Shown here piece after piece: positions 13,803 to 24,379 of a stretch of DNA of 64,000 bases. Source of the DNA: Tubiluchus corallicola (lineage: Eukaryota; Animalia; Priapulida); NCBI GenBank assembly GCA_030141605.1, contig JAQGDQ010000275.1, positions 186,001-250,000 on the forward strand, written 5' to 3'. The first letter of the stretch is position 1. Every line of letters begins with the position of its first letter. The notes under the pieces were generated by a model, which was not told where the DNA came from, ran no database searches, and worked only from the letters and a program-made list of their open reading frames with translations. The translations under genes were made by a program, and so were the position numbers.

Positions 13803-13935
13803 TTTTACTGTATGCAGTTGCCAGTAAAGATTTTTCCGTTGGTGATGCAGACATGCTCCATATTTCACCTTCTTTGTGGCCAAAAACATTTTTATTTAGC
13901 AAGTTGCTTTCGTCATCAAAATCTATCTGGTGCAC
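13803..13935 (-). CDS. EIPR1: EIPR1 coding exon 3 ([44 protein letters not shown])
   Basis: Within ORF 13711..13935; AG acceptor, gtaaga donor; 133 nt. Confidence 0.95.
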
Positions 13936-14204
13936 CTAAAAAAATTAATGGTCAAAAGTCAGCTTTGTTATTCGTAAAAATTAATTTTGAAATACGGGAT
14001 TTTGCTGATATACTAAATAGTGTTTCCAATGGGTACCCGGTACCCCGCATTGTTTATTACCCAAGCCTGATATTTTTACTCAGTTCCGACAATGAAAATG
14101 CAGACAATATTATCAATAGGGTATGCACTGTTTTTAAGAATTCATTTAGAATTTACATGCTGCTTTCTGTGGAACACTTGTACTGTACAACAGATACCTA
14201 TTAG

Positions 14205-14463
14205 CAGACTACAGCATTCGTAGCACAATCTTCACTAAGTAAATAAAAATTTGTCAGGAAAACAAGTTTTTGGTGAATAAGTGGTACACACTACGATGGC
14301 GATGCAGTGCCATTTTACCAGACACGAATATTTTAAATTATTAAGAATTTTCTTTTCCAATCACATAAGTCTTTCAAACAGATAAGAGTAATGCTATGTA
14401 ATATAACTCTGCGTGGAAGGTTTTTTGGGACATACTTTAAAATTCCCGTTTCTTACTCTCTAA
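14205..14463 (+). mobile_element. Kolobok-like MITE family B, right half
   Basis: agcattcgtagcaca..ttttaaattattaagaattttc..gggacatactttaaaattccc blocks. Confidence 0.6.
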
Positions 14464-14644
14464 GGTAAAATGACATGTACAATGAGCTTCAACTATTCGA
14501 AATCTAGGCACGTTTACAAAATCTCGTTGTTTTACACGTTTACATGTGACATAATAAAATATTGTTAAACAAGAAAGTACATGTTTTGGCTTTTATACAA
14601 TTAAGAAAATGAGAGTTTAGTTACCAAAGAAAACGGTCACTTAC

Positions 14645-14728
14645 CTGGTTGTCAAATTTTAACGACTGTGTTCCAACAAGGAAGCGAATAGCATCAGTTT
14701 CTGCTAGCTGAGCCGTAAGTGCCCTAGC
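14645..14728 (-). CDS. EIPR1: EIPR1 coding exon 2 ([28 protein letters not shown])
   Basis: Hand translation; near-identical to known EIPR1 N-terminal segment; 84 nt, gtaagt donor. Confidence 0.96.
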
Positions 14729-14860
14729 CTGTATGAAACACAGTAATTAAACTACAAAGTATTCATTTAAGCTCCATTTCAGGCCAATTCATAGGATAAA
14801 AATATTATCATTTTTAATTAGTTAGCCATGTTCATGTAGCATGTGCAAAAAGAATATTAC

Positions 14861-15239
14861 TTAAAGGAAAACTCAATCTTAAACGGTAAATCAAAATAAT
14901 CTACTCTTCACAATACTGAAAAGAAACATACTATTTTTTTCAAAAATGACTTACGTGAAAGAATTATTACCACACAAACACAATTTCGCATTCGCGCCAT
15001 AAGTTCTTCGCTGTTACATGCATTTCGCTATGCGATAGTTAGACAGGCACTAGCACATGCATTCAGATATGTTACGAACTACACACTACTCATGCGTGAA
15101 CACAGCGGTAAATTTGAAATTTGAATTTTTATCTTAAAACTTGCCTAGTTTTAGTACAACACACCAAATATCTTATCATCACTTCTTATCAGACTTGAAA
15201 ATGGGGCCCTAGATGAAAAATCATCCTGTCTTCCTTTAA
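14861..15239 (+). mobile_element. Kolobok-like MITE family A (internally deleted)
   Basis: TTAAAGGAAAAC ... GTCTTCCTTTAA termini; internal blocks shared with 30436, 42390, 50011, 58687 and 63580. Confidence 0.8.
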
Positions 15240-15363
15240 TGTTATTTAATTATAAAGCACTATTTGCACACAATCCTCTACACAAATGCAATGTAGGAAG
15301 TAAATTACAAAATAACTGGAAATTATTGCAACAATATATTACAGACTGTATTTAAACACATAC

Positions 15364-15405
15364 CTGGAATTCTAATCCGTAGATAACTGGCGCATCGTCT
15401 TCCAT
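15364..15405 (-). CDS. EIPR1: EIPR1 coding exon 1 (MEDDAPVIYGLEFQ); spliced CDS totals 1155 nt = 384 aa + stop
   Basis: Matches the EIPR1/TSSC1 N-terminus; strong Kozak (AAACTATGG); splice acceptor 14 nt upstream (ctctctaacag, exon starts at 15419). Confidence 0.96.
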
Positions 15406-15677
15406 AGTTTGTGCATCAACTGTTAGAGAGGAATGGTTCAACAGTGCTGGACAAAAATACCATAGAACACATTCACAGACATAGCTGGGATAGACTTTTC
15501 ATTCCTTTCAAAAACATTAAGTATTTACTCAAAATACACTTTCACATCAAACAGGTTTTGAGGTAAAAAAATATGCAAAAAAAAATAACTCAAGTGATAC
15601 ACCCGCTATGGAATTTAAAAGGGTTCAGGAGGTTACTAGATAAAAACACATTTCGTATTGTGCTTTGGTAAGAATTT

Positions 15678-15717
<40 letters not shown>

Positions 15718-16310
15718 GTTTTGTACTCAGCTGTATTTACTGTATTCAATATAAGTTAATACACAATATCTACTAGGTCCAATATCTCCAAAGATGCTGC
15801 AGCTTAAACACCTCGGTTAACTAGCCCGGTACCTGCATATTTCACTTTTCCTTGTGGGTGGAGCTGCAGCGGAGCTGTCTACACGCAAAAGTGACAAATT
15901 GATTGATTACCTTGTACCCATAAAGGCTAAACCGATATGTACAATCGCCATGCTAGTTGAACACCTGCTATCAGCAGCGCATTTGAAGTGAAAGATCTTC
16001 ACATCTGCTGAAGAAAGTCACCAGTAGTTTTCACTGTGCATGCGTGATGTGCATTATCTGGCACGACGGTCGGCATGACGAATGTTCAGTTTTTACAGCT
16101 TTTGTTTACTAGTTGCGATGTTGAAGATTGTTCAAAAAAAGCTTTGTTGAATGATTAACGTTGAACTTTTAAGCATTATGTACCAAGTGTAACTCCAGAA
16201 GCACCCAAAGTTATTGTATTATTGTTTGAAGTGACATAGAGTGCAGAGTACTTATGTTAGACAAAGCAAGCACATAATATTCACAAATTTCATGGAATTC
16301 ATAGTACAGC

Positions 16311-16675
16311 TGCAGCAGCATCTATTGTGTTTTGTTTCTCTCGGAAGGCTCGTAGAGAAAACCAGAAAACACACCGTTAAATATTATTACTTTATTGAGC
16401 GAGAATTCTTACACAAAGATGAAGGAACTTTGAAATGATTACAATAAACGTGAAAATCTGGAAAATGTTTACGTAAGTATAAAAGCGTAAGTACAAGTCC
16501 GTGTTAGATCTGTGTGCGATCTGCGATCCCGTGTCGGCAGCCACCTCGCCTTATATAGCGCGGGAGAAACTTCTCGAACAAATGTTCGTGAACAATCCAG
16601 ACGTCAAGGCGGTCATTCCGACGGAACATTCTACGATGCTCTATGCAATTCTACTTGACGTCAGCGATCTCCACA
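16311..16675 (-). mobile_element. Solo LTR of an LTR retrotransposon (365 bp)
   Basis: TG...CA ends; perfect 5-bp TSD ACAGC (16306-16310, 16676-16680); minus-strand TATATAA (16557-16551) upstream of AATAAA (16396-16391), i.e. U3-R-U5 order. Confidence 0.8.
16551..16663 (-). promoter_or_regulatory. Heat-shock elements + CRE + TATA box inside the solo LTR
   Basis: Perfect aGAAacTTCtcGAAc (16565-16579), gTTCgtGAAc (16584-16593), gGAAcaTTCt (16623-16632), TGACGTCA (16656-16663), TATA box at 16551-16557. Confidence 0.65.
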
Positions 16676-16865
16676 ACAGCATCAATACCACTCTGTGTCA
16701 AATCTTCTGCATTACACAATAATGGACAATTTTCAAGGAACGACTTCGATGTCAAGTACTGTGCAGGACATTCAAACTTACTCGATGTCCCCGCATACCA
16801 CCTTCTTGCTCCAATACCAGCCAACTTGAACTTGACGGTTCAGGTTTAGGCAAATGAATTCAATG

Positions 16866-17009
16866 TGTGCCACGGGGGAGACTAGGTCTACAAGATTTTT
16901 ATTCCAGCGTTTATCTGTTGCATTACAAAGAGGTAATACGATAAGACTTATGGGAATAATCCCTCCATCTGAAAAGCTTGAAGAAATTACAAATCTCCTT
17001 CAATATTAA
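16866..17009 (+). mobile_element. 3' end of a CRE-like (restriction-like endonuclease) non-LTR retrotransposon
   Basis: Translates CATGETRSTRFLFQRLSVALQRGNTIRLMGIIPPSEKLEEITNLLQY*, the FQRLSVAxQRGN C-terminal motif typical of CRE-clade elements. Confidence 0.7.
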
Positions 17010-17354
17010 TATTTCACTTTATTGACCTCTTATCCTTGACTGTAGCAATTTTCAGGAGATCACTCCATGACAAAACATTAATAACATGTCTATTTCACCA
17101 CTTTTTAAAATGCACTGCTCATTTTACATTGTAATAATACTTGTAATATGATATTTATTGTCAAATAATTGCATAGTTTATTATTTATGTTTTCAAACAT
17201 TCTGTAGAGATTAGTGTATATTGTAGTTTATATAGTATCACTTCAATTGCTCAAGTTTATAATATCAAATATATTTGCCATAAGGCTTCACCATGTAATC
17301 CCGCACCATGTACTATGCCATGTTTTTACACGGTGGGGCAGAACATGTACGTAA

Positions 17355-17680
17355 ACAGCAAGATGGTATATGTCAAGGCAGCATACTGCATTGCAGTAAA
17401 TGGCGCAATTGAGCAAGCGTCAACATCCCATGTAGTGTTAGCAAACAACTCGCAACAACATGATTGCAACTCCCGGATTTTACATCTCTACGCATATTCT
17501 TATTTCTCTCGCACAAGTACTAATACTACGGTAAATAAAAGCAAAGTAAACATTAAAACAACGTACCAAGGTGGTACATGACTAGGCGGCATACTGTGTC
17601 GCAGTACACGGCGAACACGAGCAAGCGCGAACTTCATAATTAGTGTTAGCTAACATATTGCAACAACCAATTGCATGATC
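17355..17680. repeat. Diverged tandem duplication with ~208-bp period
   Basis: aag.tggta.atg..aggc.gcatactg...gagcaagcg...tagtgttagc recurs at ~17360 and ~17568. Confidence 0.7.
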
Positions 17681-18539
17681 GTGGGGCATACATCCCTCGC
17701 GTGTCCCCTTCTGTTAGAAGTAAATTGATGCTTAGCTTCGTTGCTGGTAAGAGTGGTGAAGTGACCAATTTAGACGAGAATGTTTTTCATTTCCATGTCC
17801 ATATCGTTGTGTTAGTAGTAACAGTCCAATAATCAATACAGCATGTAAACCATCTAGTGATATTGCTGGTATGCCAGGTTCATATGTTTCTTGCTCTGAA
17901 AAGTCTAGCTTTTTTCCATTTAGCTGTGCTGTTGTTGCTTCAACATATTGGTGCTATGGTGATTCTGGTCACATATCTTATGTGTCACCTGGTAAACCTT
18001 ATACAACTCTTATGAGTAAAACAAGTTGATAACGATAGTATATGAAACATAACAATCTAATACAGTAGATGTAATATTTTGATGTCACTGTGTGCTTTAT
18101 ATATTGTACTGAATGTGATAATAATAATAATAAAAAAAAATAAGTTTTCAAAGTTCCATGCGTTCAATTTCTAGCGATTTTTATAGATCATACAGGAAAC
18201 AAGATCTGTCACGAGTTTCTAGTTGCAGGAATCCCGCTGTTTGTCTTTGTAAAATACAGCTGAGTTATCTTTTAGTACTTCTGCTATTGATGTGCTCACC
18301 AACGATTCTATTTCTAATAATGTTGGCCACTTTATCCCAGTTAGTAATATGACTCATTAGGGCCATTGTGAATTTAATGACAGTGAGCTACGTTTATCTA
18401 AACTTGTACTTGCATGACCTTGTTTTTAATTGTAATGATAATAATCAAACTTTTTCTGAAAGCTTAAAATATGAAGAGCAAACCATTTGCAGTTATTTAT
18501 TCAATGATCAGGGTATTGTTTCCAAGCAGTCTGTCCTTT

Positions 18540-19700
18540 CTTTATTAATTCTTGCAAACCTGATTTTGTTTCTATTACAGAGACATGGTTATGTGACGAT
18601 TTAGATAACTGCAGCTTTTGTCCAAGTGGATACAGAATGTTTAGATGTGATAGATCCACTGTGTTTCCGGATGTTTCTAGAAGACGGTGTATAATATTAG
18701 TTAGACTGTTTGTACCCGCCTTGATTTCTGTTCATGACATTGTTCAGAGTGTTTGTTGTGAAACTGTATGTATTCAAATTTCTCCTAATTCATCTTCCCT
18801 GATAATTGGTTGTGCTTATAGACCTTCTAATGCATATTATACAGATACTATGTTGCTACTGACTGGAAAATTGTCAAGAGTGGTATACCTCAGGGAACAA
18901 TCAGTGGTCCATATTGTTTTATTTTATATGTAAATGATATTACTGATTACATTTCTTCTAATACAAGAGTGTTTGTTGATGATATTAAACTATTAAGAAA
19001 AATTAAGTCTCAGTTTAACTGTGCATTTTTTCAGCTGACATTGGTGCTGTTCAATCGTGGTCTGATCAGTGGCTTTTGCAGCTGAAGCCTGATAAGTGTA
19101 CACTGTTATGTACGAGAGTTTATGTTACTTATAATTATGCAGTTAATAATAAAATAGGTCGTGAAGTCTCTACCTTTAAACATCTAGGTGTGATCATGTC
19201 TAATGATCTGAACTTTAGTGATCATATTGCTGAATTAGAAAAGAAAGCCAACAGATGTATTGGCATGATTAGGCGAACTGTAATTAGCAGGGATTAGCAG
19301 TCATTTTCCCTTTATATAAAAGTTTGGTCCATTCTTTGTTGGGAGTATGCTGCAGTTGTATGGTTACCACAGTATGTCATGTATATGTAATGCCTTGAAG
19401 GAATTCAGACGTGTTGTCTTTGTTTATCGATTGATTTATCGTCTTTGACTTTTCTAGAACAAAGACATATTACAATCGATTTGGTAAACGCACATAAGAT
19501 TTTTAATGGTCATACTATACTACAGTCAACTGTTTTTTTGTTTCACCTTTTAGTCAGCTTCAGGGACATTCTAAGAAACTTTTTTGTTCGTGTTAGAACA
19601 AATATAGGGAAATATTTTTTCAGTCATCGAGTAACTAATCCACGGAATCATCTCAATGTAATGTGGTAGCTTCGGAACATATTAGTAAATTTAAAAGTAC
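18540..19700 (+). mobile_element. Degenerate CR1-like LINE ORF2 (APE endonuclease + RT remnants)
   Basis: Frameshifted motifs GYRMFRCDR, LIIGCAYRP, SGIPQGT, FVDDIKL, KHLGVIMSNDLNFSDHI, EYAAVVW, RTNIGKYFFSHRV. Confidence 0.85.
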
Positions 19701-19899
19701 AATGAGAGTGGCGCGTTCAATGTCAACTAGTGGCTAGCGTCACTAAACCTCATTCAATGCTATAGAATCAACATTATTTCTAGCCCCAGTTTTTATTTCT
19801 CTCGCTCAAGTGTTAGCACCCCCATCTACGCATTGCAGAGAATTGAAAATAAGCGTTAAAACCATGCCATAACACACGTTTTCAGTCACTTCTTAGTCT

Positions 19900-20120
19900 T
19901 TGCACTTCAGTGCTCTGCTAGTTTTACCGTGACAGTCACATTTGCGACAAGCAATGCGAAAAATCTTCACTGGGTATTGATCGTTGAAACTTGGCCAGAG
20001 AAACAATTGAAATCAGTCGTGTTTCTTTTGATTGGATCGTCTATCGGTTATGAGAGCCTGGACAATTGTTTCTTTACAGTTTCACGTGGATGTAATGTTT
20101 TTTATCTTAGACTAAAGTAA
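19900..20120. promoter_or_regulatory. Candidate bidirectional promoter / non-coding first exons of EIPR1 and DUS3L
   Basis: Main non-repetitive island between the divergent genes; ATTGG (~20031), CACGTG (~20083), possible minus donor at ~19927. Inferred only. Confidence 0.3.
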
Positions 20121-21371
20121 AAAAAGTAATGAAAGTTTGTTAGCCCGTTGACTTATATTGCCTTTAGTATGGTTAAGTTTGGGTTATAGTTCTAATTTCA
20201 ATAATTATATTTTATATTGAGTCGACTATTGAAACAAATACGTAGTTTGTGTAAATTATCATAATGATAGTAACATATAGCATTTTGTCTTGATGTGCTC
20301 CCGGACCAGGTAGTAATATTACTCTAACTCTAAGTAACGTAATTAAAGAGTCATGAGAGGATGTGTGATATAACCCAGTATGTGTTCCTTATACAATGGC
20401 TACCAAAATTCAATTTCAATTTTCAATTCAATTTCAATTTATTTATCTCTATAGTGTTACAATAAAAGATGATTAATAAAATAATATCTAATAATTAAAC
20501 ATTTAAAGCATCAAAAATAGCCAAAATAATGGGTTAGCTGAAAAGGTGAGTTAACATTCAAGTAAAAGTGATACATGCCTATTTTAAGTATATTTATTAT
20601 ATTATAGTTATATCTATTGTATTTGCGATGTAAATTTGCTATATGTGTGCTTGCATAGCAAAATCGGCCATGAGTCGGCAGTTAAGCTTTTCTAGTTATT
20701 CACATATTCTAAATCTCCATTTTATGAGGATCATTTTGATACCAAGCTCATTGCTCTATTTCTAAGCTGAGATAATCCATGTCGAAGTTGAGGTGCAGGC
20801 TATGCACTATAAAACATAATTTTGAGAAAATTGCTGCTAAAGTTAGCCATTCTTTTTGTCACATTTTTACAAAACACCTAGCAAGTGCACAAATATTGGT
20901 TGCTATGGACTTTGCAAGAACACCTTGATGTTATGATTAAGTCTAGTAGATGGCCCATGGCCCTTTCTGACGAAGATGGGCTTGGCAGCAGAAAAAACAG
21001 AAGCAAAATGACTGCTTCCATGAGTTGATGTCAGAGTTTTAAAGTACAAATTTTTTACAATTGCATTACTTGTTTCTAACTAGAAAATTGGGTACAGAGT
21101 TATAAAATTAGATTTTAGTGTTTTTTTAACGTTTTCATGACAATTTGGTACTAGAATATAAAAGCGTATATTTTTATAAAAAAACAAGAAATTGACATTT
21201 GACCAAATTTTTGGTGCATTCTGCTTTGAAGCATCATAAAGTAGTTTTAACTATGCTGACTTATAGATGGTTTTGGTTTGCAAGCACACGTATATTCATG
21301 TGTGAAAATTTTCGTTGGTGCAGTCATCAGAAAATCAGCATGAGCGTAATGGTATGACAGCTGCACTTTTA

Positions 21372-22060
21372 AGTGATAATGATAATTTATTTGTAAAGCG
21401 CATAAATCAAGAACTACTGTCATCAGATCAGCTATAAAACAGGTCTATAATAAGAATGACTACAATAAAGTAAAAGCATACAATAAAAATTCACAGAGCA
21501 GCTAATTAAATGATATAGTAAAAATAGGCTTCAAGACTCACACTTATTAAACGTTGCAGTAAAAGTTTTTAAGACTCATTTTAAAACGGTTAAAATCAGT
21601 AACAGAATGTAAAGTAAACCGCAGTTTATTCCATTCATGTGGAGCTGCCACTGGCAAAAGCACATTCACATGTTGACGCTAATTTGTACGACGCTAATTC
21701 TTTGACGATCGGTATCCACTGGTGTAAAACTGTCTTGAGATCTCAAAGAACGTCTAGGAATATAAAAATTGACTAAATCAGCGAGATAAGACGAATGCAG
21801 GCCATACAAAGATTTAAAAGTAATCAGCAATAGTTTAAAAATAATATGTCATGTGACAGGGAGCCAGTGCAACTCCATTAGAATAGGAGTAATATGATCA
21901 TCAAAATGCCTAGCAATAATTCTAGCAGCCGTATTCTGAAGACGTTGTATACAATCAGCTTCGTAAGCTGGAAACATTACAATAGTCAAGTCTCGATGAG
22001 ACTAAAGCTTGAAAAATTGCTCAGTTGCAGGTTTTGTCTGAAATTTACGAATCAGGTCAG
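21372..22060 (-). mobile_element. L2-clade LINE 3' fragment
   Basis: Minus translation IQRLQNTAARII..DHITPILMELHWLPV.*.IIFKLLLITFKSLYG..YIPRRSLRS; 3' end gcgctttacaaataaa. Confidence 0.85.
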
Positions 22061-22483
22061 CTAACCAAACCAGGATGACGATGAACAAGTTTACTGAATT
22101 TACTGAAAGAAAAAGCTTTTATTGAAAGGGCTGATCAATTAAAAACATAGAATACAGATAAAAATTACGTACAGTGTCCTTATTTAACGACTTCCCATTT
22201 AGCGATGTTTCATTTTAATGGTGCTGAACAGTTGACAGCTTTTTCTCACATAACAGCTTATGTTTCATTTTAACGACAATGGAGGGGAGTGCAATGTTAC
22301 AGGGCATGGCACAAAACAGACTTGGTCATCTTAGCATAAGAACAGAAATGTGAAAAGTTGAGATCGAAAATAATATTTGCTTTAAAAAATATTTGTGAAG
22401 ATTGAAACATTGGTCCTTCTAAATATCACTAATGAAATGCGATACATTTCTTCTATAGGTGACTTGAACAGTCAAACTTAATT

Positions 22484-22648
22484 ATGAGTGAGAAGACTAC
22501 AGCTGATACTAATCAACATGTGGATCATCCTGTGGAATGCATAGGTAATGGAGATAAGCCCGATCCTGGCGTGGCAAGGATTAAACCTGAATATATCCGC
22601 ATTTTTGATAGTACTCCACATCTGGAAATTGGGTTTGCTCCTAAAAAG
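22484..22648 (+). CDS. DUS3L: DUS3L first coding exon (55 aa, contains GVARIKPEYI)
   Basis: Conserved DUS3 N-terminal GxAxIKxEY motif; acceptor ttctatag 25 nt upstream of the ATG; AAG|gtaatg donor, phase 0. Confidence 0.85.
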
Positions 22649-22759
22649 GTAATGTTCAGTTTCAGCTTTGAAGGATTTAAGTTCTGCAGGAGGTTGTATC
22701 ATTTTCATTTTTGGTGAATGCTGTTGCATAAATTATAATAAGTAGGTACATACTTATGA

Positions 22760-23305
22760 CTTTCATATACACATTATCCAATGTCCAACTTTTTCTTTAA
22801 AATATGTGAAGTCTGTATACGCATATAGTTATGTCCAATATCAAATGTCTAGTCTTATCTTGAGAATGCCTGAAGTTTATATGCACATGTAGTTATATCC
22901 AGTATCCACTATCTAACCTAATCTTTAGAATACTTGAGTATATATACATACAGTTATGTCCATTATCTATAGTTTATCTTTGGAATACTCGTTGTTTATT
23001 ATGTACACATATAGTTATGTCCATTATTATATCCAGTACCAACTTTATCTTTAGAGTACTTGTATATACACATGTAGTTATGACCACTATCCAGTGTCTA
23101 ACCTTATCTTTGGAATACTTGAATATATACATACAGTTATGTCCATTATCTATAGTTTATCTTTGGAATACTTGTTGTTTATTATGTACACATATAGTTA
23201 TGTCCATTATAATATCCAATACCAACCTTATCTTTAGAATACTTGTATATACACATGTAGTTATGACCACTATCCAGTGTCTAACCTTATCTTTGGAATA
23301 CTTCA
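22760..23305. repeat. Minisatellite with ~60-bp monomers and a 183-bp higher-order period (DUS3L intron)
   Basis: tggaatact.gttgtttattatgtacacat at 22981 and 23164; monomer tagttatg.cca...ttatcttt.gaatactt. Confidence 0.85.
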
Positions 23306-23721
23306 AGTTTTTTTGCCGTCCAGCTCTCATGACTGAAAGCCTGTATCCAACACTAAGAGCAATGTTTGCTTATTATTTTGATGGTTGTGGCAGGACCAGA
23401 ATTCACCTCTTAGAAAACGATGACCCACTAAAATGAGATTTTGAGCAGGCAAAGGTTTTATTTATATAAAGGTTTTATATGTTCAAATACAAATTCCTTC
23501 AGAATTTGCTTCAGAAGATAAATAGCTAGAGCCAACATGGCAGGTAAAAGGGACCAAAGGCCATTTGCTTGATAGTCACCTATTCATTTATTACCCAGGT
23601 CCGGCTATGCCTAGCTGTGGTCATTACCTTGATCATTCAGGTATTGCATCACGAAAAAATCAATTTCAGGTTTTTTCAGGAGCAAAAACTTATCCAATTT
23701 CCTAATATAATAACCATTTAA

Positions 23722-23832
23722 CGGTGCCCAGTTTCACAAATCCATCACTAACCTATAAACTTCATTATTAATAGTTAAGTTAATGTAATTAATGACATTA
23801 ACTTAGTGACAGCTTTGTGAAACCGGTCACTG
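23722..23832. mobile_element. Short palindromic MITE (111 bp)
   Basis: TIR cggtgcccagtttcacaaa / tttgtgaaaccggtcactg with an AT-rich, partly self-complementary centre. Confidence 0.7.
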
Positions 23833-24010
23833 GTCTGCTAGTTGTGCCTCGCCAAAGTTCAGTAATTGCTTATATGTAGCTGACAAAATTTTTATACTGT
23901 TGGTTACAAATGACTAAAATAGGAGTTGTCAGGCTTTTCTGCAGCAGGTGCACATGTAGGTTGGCATTAATATTTGTTTATAAAATATAAAAAGATGGTA
24001 CTCGTGGTAA

Positions 24011-24355
24011 GCATTCTCTATCAGAAAGTGAATTCAAATCGAATCGAGTTTGTGACTTTTAAACTCGAATCAAACTGAATTTCAAGATTTCGAATCTAAA
24101 TCTAATTTGAATTAAGTTTTAATGATTTTCAAATAATTTCTCGAATCATTAATAAAGGGCACTCTTGCAAAAAACATGCATATTGCTTGATTTTGTCATG
24201 CAGCAAAAATGCTAATTATTTGTTTAGAGATATTGTGCATAGAAATCTCAACTAAATTGTGCCGATTGCATGCTATTTCAAAAATTTTAATGATAAACAA
24301 CATATGTAGTTGAAGTGCTGAATTATTCGAATCCATAGTTTTAGGTTCGAATCTA
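24011..24355. mobile_element. TTCGAA-rich dispersed repeat, copy 2
   Basis: Collinear with 5197-5557. Confidence 0.65.
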
Positions 24356-24379
24356 ACAATTTTTCTATTTCATCTTCAG

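Noticed and set aside
4666-15405. U12-type or non-canonical introns in EIPR1
   Set aside because: All eight coding introns are GT-AG without the GTATCCTT signature.
16046-16066. tgcattatctgg resembling miR-277
   Set aside because: The 5' seed does not match and there is no hairpin; no conserved miRNA was recognised anywhere in the window by eye.
23017-23436. 139-aa ORF with an internal duplication
   Set aside because: Product of the 183-bp intronic higher-order repeat.
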